Positions 17,462 to 25,981 of a stretch of DNA of 40,997 bases are shown here, piece by piece; positions within the stretch are counted from its first letter, which is position 1, and the number at the start of each line of letters is the position of its first letter. The translations under genes were made by a program, and so were the position numbers. Under the pieces are notes generated by a model. It did no database searches and was not told where the DNA came from. It saw nothing but the letters and a program-made list of their open reading frames with translations. The DNA comes from Alistipes sp. (GTDB lineage: Bacteria > Bacteroidota > Bacteroidia > Bacteroidales > Rikenellaceae): NCBI GenBank assembly GCA_045632505.1, contig JAZQWU010000218.1, positions 1-40,997 on the forward strand. Direction: 5' to 3'.

Positions 17462-18424
17462 ATGAATCTTGAAAAAATTTCGAGCAACTTCACACCTCGC
17501 GAGCAGGGTATCTTCTTCGCCATCGACACCGAGCGAGATGAGCAAACGGACCTTGTGGTGGAGATTATAAACCGCGAGACGGAGGAGGTGGTTGCCACGC
17601 AGATGCTCCGCAATGTCACGACTGCGAAGGTGAATATTGCACCATATGTCGACGCTCCAGCCTACTATGAATCAGGCAATAGCAACGAGTTGTCGTTTAC
17701 GGAGTTGCCTACTTTTCGCTACGCAATCCGAGTGGAGGAGACCGAGTCGGAGGCGATTCTCCTCTCGGTAAATCGCACCGAAATAGAGTTGCCCTCAATC
17801 GTCACGTCGCAACCCCTCTCGCGCCACATCTCGCTTGGCGAATACGATGAGGTCTTGATTGTGGCAGAGCCATACAGCGACCTCTGTGCCGAGATTACCA
17901 CCAACCTCGGGGAGTCGGTTTCGGTGGAGCAGTATTGCAAGTCGGGCGCTGCCTTGCTCACAATCCCTACCGGGGAGTTAGACCTTGCGACGCGCACTTT
18001 CGACCTTCGCATTGAGTGTGGCGGTGAGGAAATTTGTGAAATCCACTACGCTGTAGCACCTCGCCACAAAGGTGCAGTTCGTATGGCGTGGCTCTCCGAC
18101 GAGGGTACGATAGAGCGATACACTTTCCCAATTTCGAGCCGTTCGTTCCGCTCGGTTAGCAAGCGCACCACCTCGATGCTCATTGGCGAAATCACCTCTC
18201 AATGCAATGCCAAGCAGAGCATCACGGTCTGCTCGCGCTACGAACCTATCGCCACAATCAATGCTTTGGCGCAGATAGTCCACTCACCGAAGGTGTGGGT
18301 TGAGGAGCGTGGCAGACGACGAAGTGTCGAAATCCTATCGTCGGAGATTGAGTACAATCTCTTTGGCGCACCAGCCAGCATTGCGCTTGATGTCTGCTTG
18401 TGGCAGAAGGGGGTTGCGGTATGA
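17462..18424 (+). CDS. Phage structural protein, possibly distal-tail-like
   Basis: C-terminal WLSDEGTIERYTF...LAQIVHSPKVWV pattern resembles Bacteroidota siphovirus tail-region proteins. ATGA-coupled to the next gene. Confidence 0.45.
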   Translation: MNLEKISSNFTPREQGIFFAIDTERDEQTDLVVEIINRETEEVVATQMLRNVTTAKVNIAPYVDAPAYYESGNSNELSFTELPTFRYAIRVEETESEAILLSVNRTEIELPSIVTSQPLSRHISLGEYDEVLIVAEPYSDLCAEITTNLGESVSVEQYCKSGAALLTIPTGELDLATRTFDLRIECGGEEICEIHYAVAPRHKGAVRMAWLSDEGTIERYTFPISSRSFRSVSKRTTSMLIGEITSQCNAKQSITVCSRYEPIATINALAQIVHSPKVWVEERGRRRSVEILSSEIEYNLFGAPASIALDVCLWQKGVAV

Positions 18425-20793
18425 TAGCGCTCTATATTGATGAGAAACAGTGCGACATCGGTGCATTGCCAACCATCCCCATCGGTTTCGATGTGGCAAA
18501 TCTCACCAAGGTTGAGGGTGCTCGCCAGGGTAGGAGCATAGAGTTGACCTTGCCAGCAACACTGCAGAACAACGCCCTCTTTGGTGCGGCGAATGACCTC
18601 TACGCCACTCGGAGATTCAATCTCGACCACCACTCGGCACGCATCGAGAAGGATGGTGTGGTGATTTTCAGCGGTACGGCACACCTGAAGGGCGCAATCA
18701 CGAAAGATGGCGCGTGCGACCACTACGCAGTACGAATCGAAGAGGGTGGAGCAGAGTGGGTTGAGGGTGTTGCACGCGGAGCATTGTCCGATTTGGCGAT
18801 TCCCTTTTCGGGCCATCTCAACCTTGCGACTATCACCTCGTCGTGGGAGGGCGAGCAGTCGGTGCGTTTTCTACCCATCTACCGAGGGGAGTACAACCTC
18901 CGCTATGGCTCGTCGGATATGCCTACCGAACGCATTATGCTGACCGACGACTACCACCCATTTATCTCGGTTGCCGATATGGTGAGGGCGATGTTGGCGG
19001 AGTCGGGCTACACACTGCGCAGTCGCTTCTTTGATAGCGAATTGGGGCGTTCGCTCTATGTGAGTGGCGACTTTTCGCGCACCGCCAACGATGTTGCCAA
19101 GGCGAAGTGCGACTTCCTTGCCCGTCGTGCGACAAAGGGCGAGGCTACCGCCGACCATATCGGCAGAGTCTACGCTACGAATGCCTTCGCGGCCCACTCG
19201 GTGGGTGCGATTGTGGATACCGCCAATCCGAATGTGGTGGATAGCGAGGGCGAGCTGATGAGCGATACCTTCTGTATGAATGGCTCATTCTCGATGACCG
19301 AAACGGGCGAGATGTCCTTCTCGCCAAAGATATCGGTACGCGCAGGATTTATTCTCCACCTTGAGTACACCTCGGAGTGTAGGATTCTCTCGCGTGAGCG
19401 ATTGCAGGGGTTTGATACAGTCGAGGGGTTGTATGGCGAGCGTGTGGAGGCGACATTGGCAAATACCCACAAGGACTACCGCCAGGCACCAAATGCCAAT
19501 TGGGAGTATCGTTGCTTTGTCTTCGACCACACCGAGGGTAGCAAGTACAAGATGTTGGCAATTTTCGAGGATGGTACTTCGTCGTTGCTGAAGGAGTGGT
19601 CCTCGCGCTCGGTGGAGGTGACGACGCCATCGAAGAAGATCTCTTCGCTGAAACTTTTCCGCTATGACGAGGCGAATGCGCAGTGGTTAGCCTATTTGAA
19701 AGATTGGGCGCTCTACAATGGTTATGTCGACGAGGTGAACGAGGTGGATGTGGTGATGGATTTCCGTATTGCGCCGCAACAAGTGGCGGCAGGCGAGCGC
19801 CTTGTACTCGATAAATTCTGGTTCGGAGGCGCAGCGGAGGGGATGAAGTTGACCCTCGGCAAGGCCACTTCGCTCCGCCCATACTTCACCTCGGTGCCGG
19901 GTTACAACGCGCCAATCGAGTTTAAGGATATTGCCCCTCGCCATATCTCACAGGCGGAGTTGCTCACCGCCGTTGGAGAGATGTTCAACCTCGTCTTCTA
20001 CTCCGACCAGGTGCGCAAGGAGTTGATTATTGAGCCTTTAGAGGAGTTTTATGAAGGTGCGCCCGTCGTGGATTGGACGAGTCGCATTGACCACCTCGGC
20101 GAGATGGTCGTGACGGATGTAGGAGTGGATACGCCCCAAGACTTTATCCTTGCCTATCTCGATACCGATAGTGCGACGCAACGCTTCAATACGGCGAACG
20201 ACACTACGCTCGGCGAGTGGAGTTTTCGCAACCCTCTCTACGGCACAAAACTCTCGACTCAGCGAGTTGGCAATACGCTCTTTACGACTACACTCAACAC
20301 CGATGGCATCATTGGCTCAGCACCCTCGGCCTCGGTAATGCAAGTGGGCGATGCCGGAGCGGAGTTGGAGGAGGTGGATGCTCCAATCTCGCCACGCATA
20401 GTCTGCTACAAGGGGTTACGCTCACTCCCTGAGGGCGAGAGTTGGGGTACGCACAGACGAGAGACCGCCTATCCCTACGCCGCTTTCCTCGATGAGGAGA
20501 CAAACCTCTGCTACGAGGAGCGCAACGGAATGGAGGGTTTGAGTCGCCACTTTCTGCCGATGTTGTTGCGTCGTCGCGATAGTCAGCAAGTTGCACTTGA
20601 CCTCCGCCTCACTACGGCAGAGATTGCCACTCTCCTTACGGCAGATGGTGCGAAGCCATCACTGCGAAGCCGATTCCGCTTCGAGATTAATGGCGAGAGT
20701 TCGTTATTTCGCCTGGCGAAGATGGAACGATGGGACTGCGATAGCAATGTTGTGCGATGCCTTTTTGAACGTGAACTTAACGATGAACAATGA
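18421..20793 (+). CDS. Phage tail-tip/baseplate-hub-like structural protein
   Basis: N-terminal LYID...D...SIELTLPAT..NNALFG and later LL....EMFNLVF...LIIEP..EFY....VDWT patterns are typical of Bacteroidota phage tail proteins. ATG 18421 overlaps the upstream stop. Confidence 0.55.
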   Translation: MIALYIDEKQCDIGALPTIPIGFDVANLTKVEGARQGRSIELTLPATLQNNALFGAANDLYATRRFNLDHHSARIEKDGVVIFSGTAHLKGAITKDGACDHYAVRIEEGGAEWVEGVARGALSDLAIPFSGHLNLATITSSWEGEQSVRFLPIYRGEYNLRYGSSDMPTERIMLTDDYHPFISVADMVRAMLAESGYTLRSRFFDSELGRSLYVSGDFSRTANDVAKAKCDFLARRATKGEATADHIGRVYATNAFAAHSVGAIVDTANPNVVDSEGELMSDTFCMNGSFSMTETGEMSFSPKISVRAGFILHLEYTSECRILSRERLQGFDTVEGLYGERVEATLANTHKDYRQAPNANWEYRCFVFDHTEGSKYKMLAIFEDGTSSLLKEWSSRSVEVTTPSKKISSLKLFRYDEANAQWLAYLKDWALYNGYVDEVNEVDVVMDFRIAPQQVAAGERLVLDKFWFGGAAEGMKLTLGKATSLRPYFTSVPGYNAPIEFKDIAPRHISQAELLTAVGEMFNLVFYSDQVRKELIIEPLEEFYEGAPVVDWTSRIDHLGEMVVTDVGVDTPQDFILAYLDTDSATQRFNTANDTTLGEWSFRNPLYGTKLSTQRVGNTLFTTTLNTDGIIGSAPSASVMQVGDAGAELEEVDAPISPRIVCYKGLRSLPEGESWGTHRRETAYPYAAFLDEETNLCYEERNGMEGLSRHFLPMLLRRRDSQQVALDLRLTTAEIATLLTADGAKPSLRSRFRFEINGESSLFRLAKMERWDCDSNVVRCLFERELNDEQ

Positions 20794-21038
20794 TGAACAA
20801 GAGAAAACTGCTAACCACACTCCTGAGAAGGGTGGAACAACGAAGCATCAACGAATCTGTAAACCTAATGTGGGAGCAAGGGTTGCTTGACAAGCGAGCC
20901 GTCGAGCGACTCTACATCAACTCCGAAGTAGAACGCCGAGTGCGTGCTGGCGAGGTCAAGACTCGGGCGATGCAACAACTATCCGACGAGTTGGGTTGCT
21001 CCTACGAAAAGGTCAGAGCAGTAGTCTATAACAAGTAA
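20790..21038 (+). CDS. Small basic protein with a C-terminal helix-turn-helix
   Basis: 82 aa. AMQQLSDELGCSYEKVRAVVY fits an HTH pattern. ATGA overlap. Confidence 0.55.
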   Translation: MMNKRKLLTTLLRRVEQRSINESVNLMWEQGLLDKRAVERLYINSEVERRVRAGEVKTRAMQQLSDELGCSYEKVRAVVYNK

Positions 21039-21043
21039 TAAAT

Positions 21044-21919
21044 ATGGAGACACAAATCAAAATCACAAACGAAGCCTCCGTTTGCACCATCGATATCGAG
21101 GGTGTAATCGGAGTACCCGAAGAGGAGCAGTTTGGCGACACAATACACAGTGTAGCCACCTACGAACGACTGCGCGAGGAGGTCGAGCGTATCAAGGAGA
21201 TTGATGCCGAGGAGATTGTCGTAAACATCCGTTCGACTGGTGGAGACGTGAACGATGCTCTGCTCATCTATGAGTCGCTCACCGCCCTAAATGCCAAAAT
21301 CACAACCCGTTGCTACGGATACACCGCCTCGGCTGCAACGATTATCGCCCAAGCTGCAAGCGAGGGCTGTCGCGAGATTGCCTCCTCGGCACTCTATCTC
21401 GTACACCTCTCGAGCAGTGCAATCGAGGGTAACGCCTCTGACCTGGAGGAGCGCATTGAACTGCTCAAAAAGACCGATGACCGCATCGCCTCGCTCTACG
21501 CCTCGCGTTCGGGAGCAAGCAAGGAGCAGATGCTTGCCCTGATGGGGCAGAATGGCGGACGAGGTCGCTGGCTCTCGCCCGAGGAGGTGGTTGGTGCAGG
21601 ACTTGCCGATGCCGTAATCGGAGCGGAGCCAACCGCCAAACCCGCAGGGTTGCTCGATAGGGTGAGGGCTTGGTTCTCGCCTACGGAGAGCGAGGTGGAG
21701 CAGTGCGATAAATCGGCATCGGTCTGCGATGTAAACATCTTGCACCTGCCCGAAAACCTCCACTCTTCGGTCTCGACGATATCGTTCGAGGAGGGGCAGA
21801 ACGCGGCAAAGCGAACCATCACAGCCGCCAAGGAGGACCCTCAGCTCGAGGGTATGGCGGTGTCGCAGAATGCGTTGGCATATGCCAATGATATGAACAA
21901 CTTGAAGTTGCATCTTTAA
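21044..21919 (+). CDS. Clp (S14-like) prohead maturation protease with a short C-terminal extension
   Basis: IRSTGGDV, YTASAATII (catalytic Ser), YLVH (His), WLSPEEVVGAGLAD. Immediately upstream of the capsid gene. Confidence 0.85.
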   Translation: METQIKITNEASVCTIDIEGVIGVPEEEQFGDTIHSVATYERLREEVERIKEIDAEEIVVNIRSTGGDVNDALLIYESLTALNAKITTRCYGYTASAATIIAQAASEGCREIASSALYLVHLSSSAIEGNASDLEERIELLKKTDDRIASLYASRSGASKEQMLALMGQNGGRGRWLSPEEVVGAGLADAVIGAEPTAKPAGLLDRVRAWFSPTESEVEQCDKSASVCDVNILHLPENLHSSVSTISFEEGQNAAKRTITAAKEDPQLEGMAVSQNALAYANDMNNLKLHL

Positions 21920-21961
21920 AAACAAACCAAACAAACCAAAACACTTAAAAACCTTAAAATT

Positions 21962-22939
21962 ATGATTATCGAAAATTCAAAAACCTACAATGTAAACGAT
22001 GTTGAAAACCTCTTTTTCCGCCCTTCGTTCTGTGGCAAATCGGCGGAGGATCTTGGCATTCGCGTAATCTACAATATGCCGATTCCGACCAAGATTCCGG
22101 TATTCTTCCACAATAACAATATCCTCACCTCATTCTCTACGGGCTGGCAGGGTGGTTCGGCAGGTTCGTTCACCGACACCGAGGTGACTATGACCAAGGT
22201 GAAGGCGGAGTCGTCGTATGCTGCCGACCTCTACTTCTCGACCATCTACGAGATGCTCACCAACTCGGCCGAGGTTAATCTTGGCGACTTGAGTGGTACC
22301 GACCTCGAGACTGCCGAGACCGAACTCTTCCGTCGCGCTATCGTAGATAGCATCTACTCTACAATGTGGTGGGGCGACACAAATGGCGAGTACTCTAACT
22401 TCACAAGTTTCACTGGCTTCCTTCCGAAGATTGAACTCGCGTGGGATAATGGCGACACTACCAGCGTCGATGTTGAGAACGAGCAGGTGACCGCAGATGT
22501 GGAGTCTATCTTTATGAATACTTGGCGCAACGCATCGTCTCAGCTCCGCAACCTTGCGTCGGATGGTCAGTTGGCATTCTATGTTTCGTCGGACATCTAC
22601 GACAAGTATCGCACAATGATTGACCAGAACAACTACAACGTGTTGAATGCGGGTATCTTGGAGGCGCGTCCAGTGCTCTACTATCACGGCATTCCGATTA
22701 TCGAGGTTCCGATGGATAGTTTCTACACAACCAAGGGCAAATCGTTCTGCCTCTTGACCGACCGTCGCAACCTTATCTTGGGACTCAATACCAACGACTC
22801 GCCCGAGAAGGGTATCAAGATGTGGTACAATCCCGATGAGATGGAGAATCGTCAGCGCGTAGTATTCCTCGCAGGAACGGCGATTGCCGACTACTCGCTC
22901 ATCTCGGGCTTCATCTATAACGAAACTGTTTCGCTCTAA
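21962..22939 (+). CDS. Probable major capsid protein (HK97-fold)
   Basis: 325 aa, follows the prohead protease. Long helix ending MWWGDT, then FTGFL, YHGIPIIEVP, LLTDRRNLILG and WY motifs. A-rich translation initiation region. Confidence 0.7.
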   Translation: MIIENSKTYNVNDVENLFFRPSFCGKSAEDLGIRVIYNMPIPTKIPVFFHNNNILTSFSTGWQGGSAGSFTDTEVTMTKVKAESSYAADLYFSTIYEMLTNSAEVNLGDLSGTDLETAETELFRRAIVDSIYSTMWWGDTNGEYSNFTSFTGFLPKIELAWDNGDTTSVDVENEQVTADVESIFMNTWRNASSQLRNLASDGQLAFYVSSDIYDKYRTMIDQNNYNVLNAGILEARPVLYYHGIPIIEVPMDSFYTTKGKSFCLLTDRRNLILGLNTNDSPEKGIKMWYNPDEMENRQRVVFLAGTAIADYSLISGFIYNETVSL

Positions 22940-23421
22940 TGGCGATGACGGCAATCTATAAGCCGGTTGGTGGGGTAGAGAGTGCAACTCTCTATCCTGC
23001 CGATGCGGTGGAGATGGCTCTATTCTCGGGTGATGGCTGCGAGGTAGAACTCTCGGGCGAAGGGCTCTGCGTACCTTTGCTCGACGATGGCTCGCACTAT
23101 GAGGAGCGTGCCGAGTGCAAGGGTGGCATACACAAGGTGGCGCACGCGCTCCATCTGGTAGCCGACAGAGCCAGTGGCGACGAGTGGTTCGATGCCGACT
23201 TCTTGGAGCGCGCCTCGGTGGATGGTGTTGTTGCCGTCATTACGCTCTACGATGGCAGACGATTGTTGCTCGGCTACTCTGCCCACTTCGGTGGTGAGCA
23301 ACCCCTCCGCCTCGAATCGCTCGAATCGAGTTCGGGCGAATCGCTGCACGACATCCCCACTGCAACGTTGCGACTCGTGTCGTACGATACGGAATTCTCC
23401 CCCGAGATACTAAACCTCTAA
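22939..23421 (+). CDS. Phage structural protein, possibly tail-tube-like
   Basis: 160 aa, TAATG-coupled to the capsid gene. N-terminal VGGV and later VAVITLYDGRRLLLG beta-rich pattern. Confidence 0.45.
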   Translation: MAMTAIYKPVGGVESATLYPADAVEMALFSGDGCEVELSGEGLCVPLLDDGSHYEERAECKGGIHKVAHALHLVADRASGDEWFDADFLERASVDGVVAVITLYDGRRLLLGYSAHFGGEQPLRLESLESSSGESLHDIPTATLRLVSYDTEFSPEILNL

Positions 23422-23437
23422 TTTTCAACAGAATAAT

Positions 23438-24664
23438 ATGGAAAATGCAAAGATAAAAAGCGTGGTCTGTGCCTCTGCCCAGAATAGCGCCGATACGCTC
23501 TATTCACTCTCGGCAAACAAGGTCGAAAGCAAAGATTTCTGGCGTTGGGGTACGGACAACAATATGCCCGAGGCGTTAGCCCTATTGTCGAGGCGTTCGA
23601 CCGCCCATCGTCGCATTATTAACGACAAGGCCGACTACATCTCGGGCAAGGGATTTAATTATGACACGACGATTCCGTTGTTGGGCAATATCGTGAATCG
23701 TGCAAATGGCGAGGGCGAGTCGCTGCGTCAGGTGCTGAACAAACTTGCCTTCGACAAGTCTCTTTTTGGAAATGCCTTTCTCGAGGTGGTGACCGACGAG
23801 AAGCACACCTTCCTCTCGCTCTACCATCAGGATGCCACTCGTTGTCGCGTGGCGAAGGATTCGCAGCACATACTTCTCCACCACGATTGGAGTCACTTCC
23901 GCGCTTCGGAGGCGTTGTCGTTGCCTCTCTACCCTCAGTTCGAGAAGCAGAGCGACGGCACGCTTCGTTCGATTGTCCACTACAAGGATTACGAGCCGAT
24001 GTTCGAGCATTATGGCGTACCGCAATATATCGCGGGAATGAATGTCTCGGCAATCGCCTACAAGACCGACCGCTGGAATATTGCTCGTTTGGACAACTCG
24101 TTCCAGCTTTCGGGTGTGATGATGATTGATAATGCGGTGGATAGCGAGAGCGAAGCATCCGAGTTGGCGCGCCTTGCCGAGCAACGCTTCGCTGGCAAAC
24201 CTGGGCAGGTGATGTTCATCATCCGCGACGAGAGTTCCGACGATAACTCGCGCTTCATACCCATCGAGTCGCAGAACGATGGCGATTGGAAGGATCTGCA
24301 CGACCAGGCGACCAGCGACATCGTGGTGGCGCATTCGTGGTTTCGCTCGTTGAGTGGTTTGGACTACTCGACAGGCTTCAGTGCCGAGCGCATCTTGCAC
24401 GAATATGAGGTGGCACTGAACACCGTAATCCTCGGCGAGCAGAGCGAACTTATGGAGCCTATTCTGCACGCAATATCGCACATCTTGCTGATTGACTGCT
24501 CCTCGCTCGAGGTGATAAATCGCCCTCCAACACGCTCCAAGCCTATCTATATGAAGGTTTGGGAAGCTCGCAAGGCGGATGGTTTGGAGTACGACGAGGC
24601 GGACGAGCGTCAGCAGTTGTACCTCTCGGAAATCAGCAAGTACAACCTCAAATCGATTGATTAA
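23438..24664 (+). CDS. Phage portal protein
   Basis: WGTDNNMP...STAHRRIINDKADYISGKG, LFGNAFLEV, YGVPQY and IVVAH motifs of Bacteroidota-type portals; 408 aa. Confidence 0.8.
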   Translation: MENAKIKSVVCASAQNSADTLYSLSANKVESKDFWRWGTDNNMPEALALLSRRSTAHRRIINDKADYISGKGFNYDTTIPLLGNIVNRANGEGESLRQVLNKLAFDKSLFGNAFLEVVTDEKHTFLSLYHQDATRCRVAKDSQHILLHHDWSHFRASEALSLPLYPQFEKQSDGTLRSIVHYKDYEPMFEHYGVPQYIAGMNVSAIAYKTDRWNIARLDNSFQLSGVMMIDNAVDSESEASELARLAEQRFAGKPGQVMFIIRDESSDDNSRFIPIESQNDGDWKDLHDQATSDIVVAHSWFRSLSGLDYSTGFSAERILHEYEVALNTVILGEQSELMEPILHAISHILLIDCSSLEVINRPPTRSKPIYMKVWEARKADGLEYDEADERQQLYLSEISKYNLKSID

Positions 24665-24669
24665 AAACT

Positions 24670-25143
24670 ATGAAAAACCTTATTACGAATGAACAAGTTA
24701 TATCTTTGGCTTTCGCAGATGGCGAGTACCTTTCGCCAGAGGTGGTGCTCGATTCGGACATCGCTGCAGCCACTTCTCGCTATATTATCCCGATTGTGGG
24801 AGCAGAGCTATACGAAGCGTTGCTTAACGGCTCTCATCCGTCTCTGCTTGACGACTTTGTCGCGCCTGCTCTCGCAATGGCAGTCCGAACAATGATTCAG
24901 CCCGCGCTGAATGTCCGCACCGGTCAGACGGGGTTGCATATCTCCTCATCTCTGCGTAGCGACTCCTCGACAAAGACCGCCGTACACACCTTGCACAAGT
25001 CGCTGCGACTGCGACGTCGCGAGTTGTTGCGCCGCCTATCCAACCACCTAAGAGACCACCAATCGGAGTTTGCGGGCTATGACGCAAGCCGAGATATTAT
25101 GCAACGTTGCGCTATCAATGGAGGCTACCTACAGAGTTATTAA
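24670..25143 (+). CDS. Probable head-tail connector/adaptor
   Basis: 157 aa helical protein directly after the portal, with a YIIPIVGAELYEAL motif. Confidence 0.5.
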   Translation: MKNLITNEQVISLAFADGEYLSPEVVLDSDIAAATSRYIIPIVGAELYEALLNGSHPSLLDDFVAPALAMAVRTMIQPALNVRTGQTGLHISSSLRSDSSTKTAVHTLHKSLRLRRRELLRRLSNHLRDHQSEFAGYDASRDIMQRCAINGGYLQSY

Positions 25144-25552
25144 CGCTGCCATCTTGGGGCTTGCGGCTCTTTTTGCACCCATCAGACCGCTGATACTCTG
25201 CGCATTAACATTCATCGCGATAGACTTCGTGACGGGAGTCATAGCCTCCCGTTGCGAGGCAAGGCAGAGGGGTGAGCGGTGGTTTTTCACCTCGCACGAG
25301 GCGTGGCGCACCATTCGCAAAGCGGGGTTTGTAATGGTGACCATCGGTATGGGCTGGCTTATCGAGAGTTGCATCCTCGACTTCGTGACTCTCAACCTTA
25401 CGCGCATTATTACGGGGGCGATATGCGGCGTGGAGATGTGGTCGTTCCTGGAGAATGCCTCGGTGCTGAGCGATGCGCGACTCTTTGCGTGGTTGCGCAA
25501 CTATGTTAAACGAAAAGTAGAGAAGGAGATAGGAGAATATGACAAAGATTAG
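25118..25552 (+). CDS. Phage holin family protein
   Basis: Start at ATG 25118. Transmembrane segments, IDFVTGV, E.WSFLEN motif and a basic/charged tail. Confidence 0.8.
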   Translation: MEATYRVINAAILGLAALFAPIRPLILCALTFIAIDFVTGVIASRCEARQRGERWFFTSHEAWRTIRKAGFVMVTIGMGWLIESCILDFVTLNLTRIITGAICGVEMWSFLENASVLSDARLFAWLRNYVKRKVEKEIGEYDKD

Positions 25553-25955
25553 TAGAGGACTACGAAATAACAACCCTGGCAACATTCGCCTCGGCTCGTT
25601 CAAGTACAAGGGCGAGAAGGCGAAGAGTAGCGACTCGTCATTCCGCCAGTTCGAGAGCGTGGAGTGGGGCTACCGAGCGATGTTTGTGCTGTTGCACACC
25701 TACGCCACGAAGCACAACTGTCGCACCCTGCGCGAGATGATTAACCGCTACGCACCGCCTACGGAGAACTTTACCGATGGTTATATCCGTTGCGTAGCAA
25801 ATGCCACCCACCTCTCGGCTGACGAGCCAATCTCGACAACCGACGGAGCAACGATGACCGCCATCGTAGCGGCAATGTCGGCAGTCGAAAACGGAGTAGC
25901 TGCCGATATGAGTGCCGTTTGGCAAGGTTGGAAACTTTTTGTTGCAGATTTTTAA
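25539..25955 (+). CDS. Lysozyme-like phage lysin (structural protein P5-like)
   Basis: RGLRNNNPGNIR...GYRAM...RYAPPTENFTDGYI...MSAVENG. Overlaps the holin gene. Confidence 0.7.
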   Translation: MTKISRGLRNNNPGNIRLGSFKYKGEKAKSSDSSFRQFESVEWGYRAMFVLLHTYATKHNCRTLREMINRYAPPTENFTDGYIRCVANATHLSADEPISTTDGATMTAIVAAMSAVENGVAADMSAVWQGWKLFVADF

Positions 25956-25963
25956 CGATTTTC

Positions 25964-25979
25964 CTACCTTTGTAGGTAG
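25964..25979 (+). promoter_or_regulatory. -7 box TACCTTTG for comEC, embedded in the palindrome CTACCT-TTGT-AGGTAG
   Basis: TACCTTTG at 25965-25972, just upstream of ATG 25982. Confidence 0.55.
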
Positions 25980-25981
25980 TT

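Larger units (their letters stand above)
17039..25955 (+). other. Phage-derived virion/lysis operon with no integrase, replication, terminase or tape-measure gene (GTA-like or domesticated prophage)
   Basis: Eleven co-oriented intact ORFs with overlaps or gaps under 45 bp, including Clp protease, capsid, portal, holin and lysin. Bounded by non-phage genes on both sides. Confidence 0.75.

Noticed and set aside
21044-21919. Housekeeping clpP
   Set aside because: Its position before a capsid gene, C-terminal extension and lack of clpX/tig neighbours point to a prohead protease.
17039-25955. Ordinary active prophage
   Set aside because: No integrase, repressor, replication, terminase or evident att sites within or flanking the cluster. 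A decayed prophage is not excluded, but the ORFs show no obvious decay.
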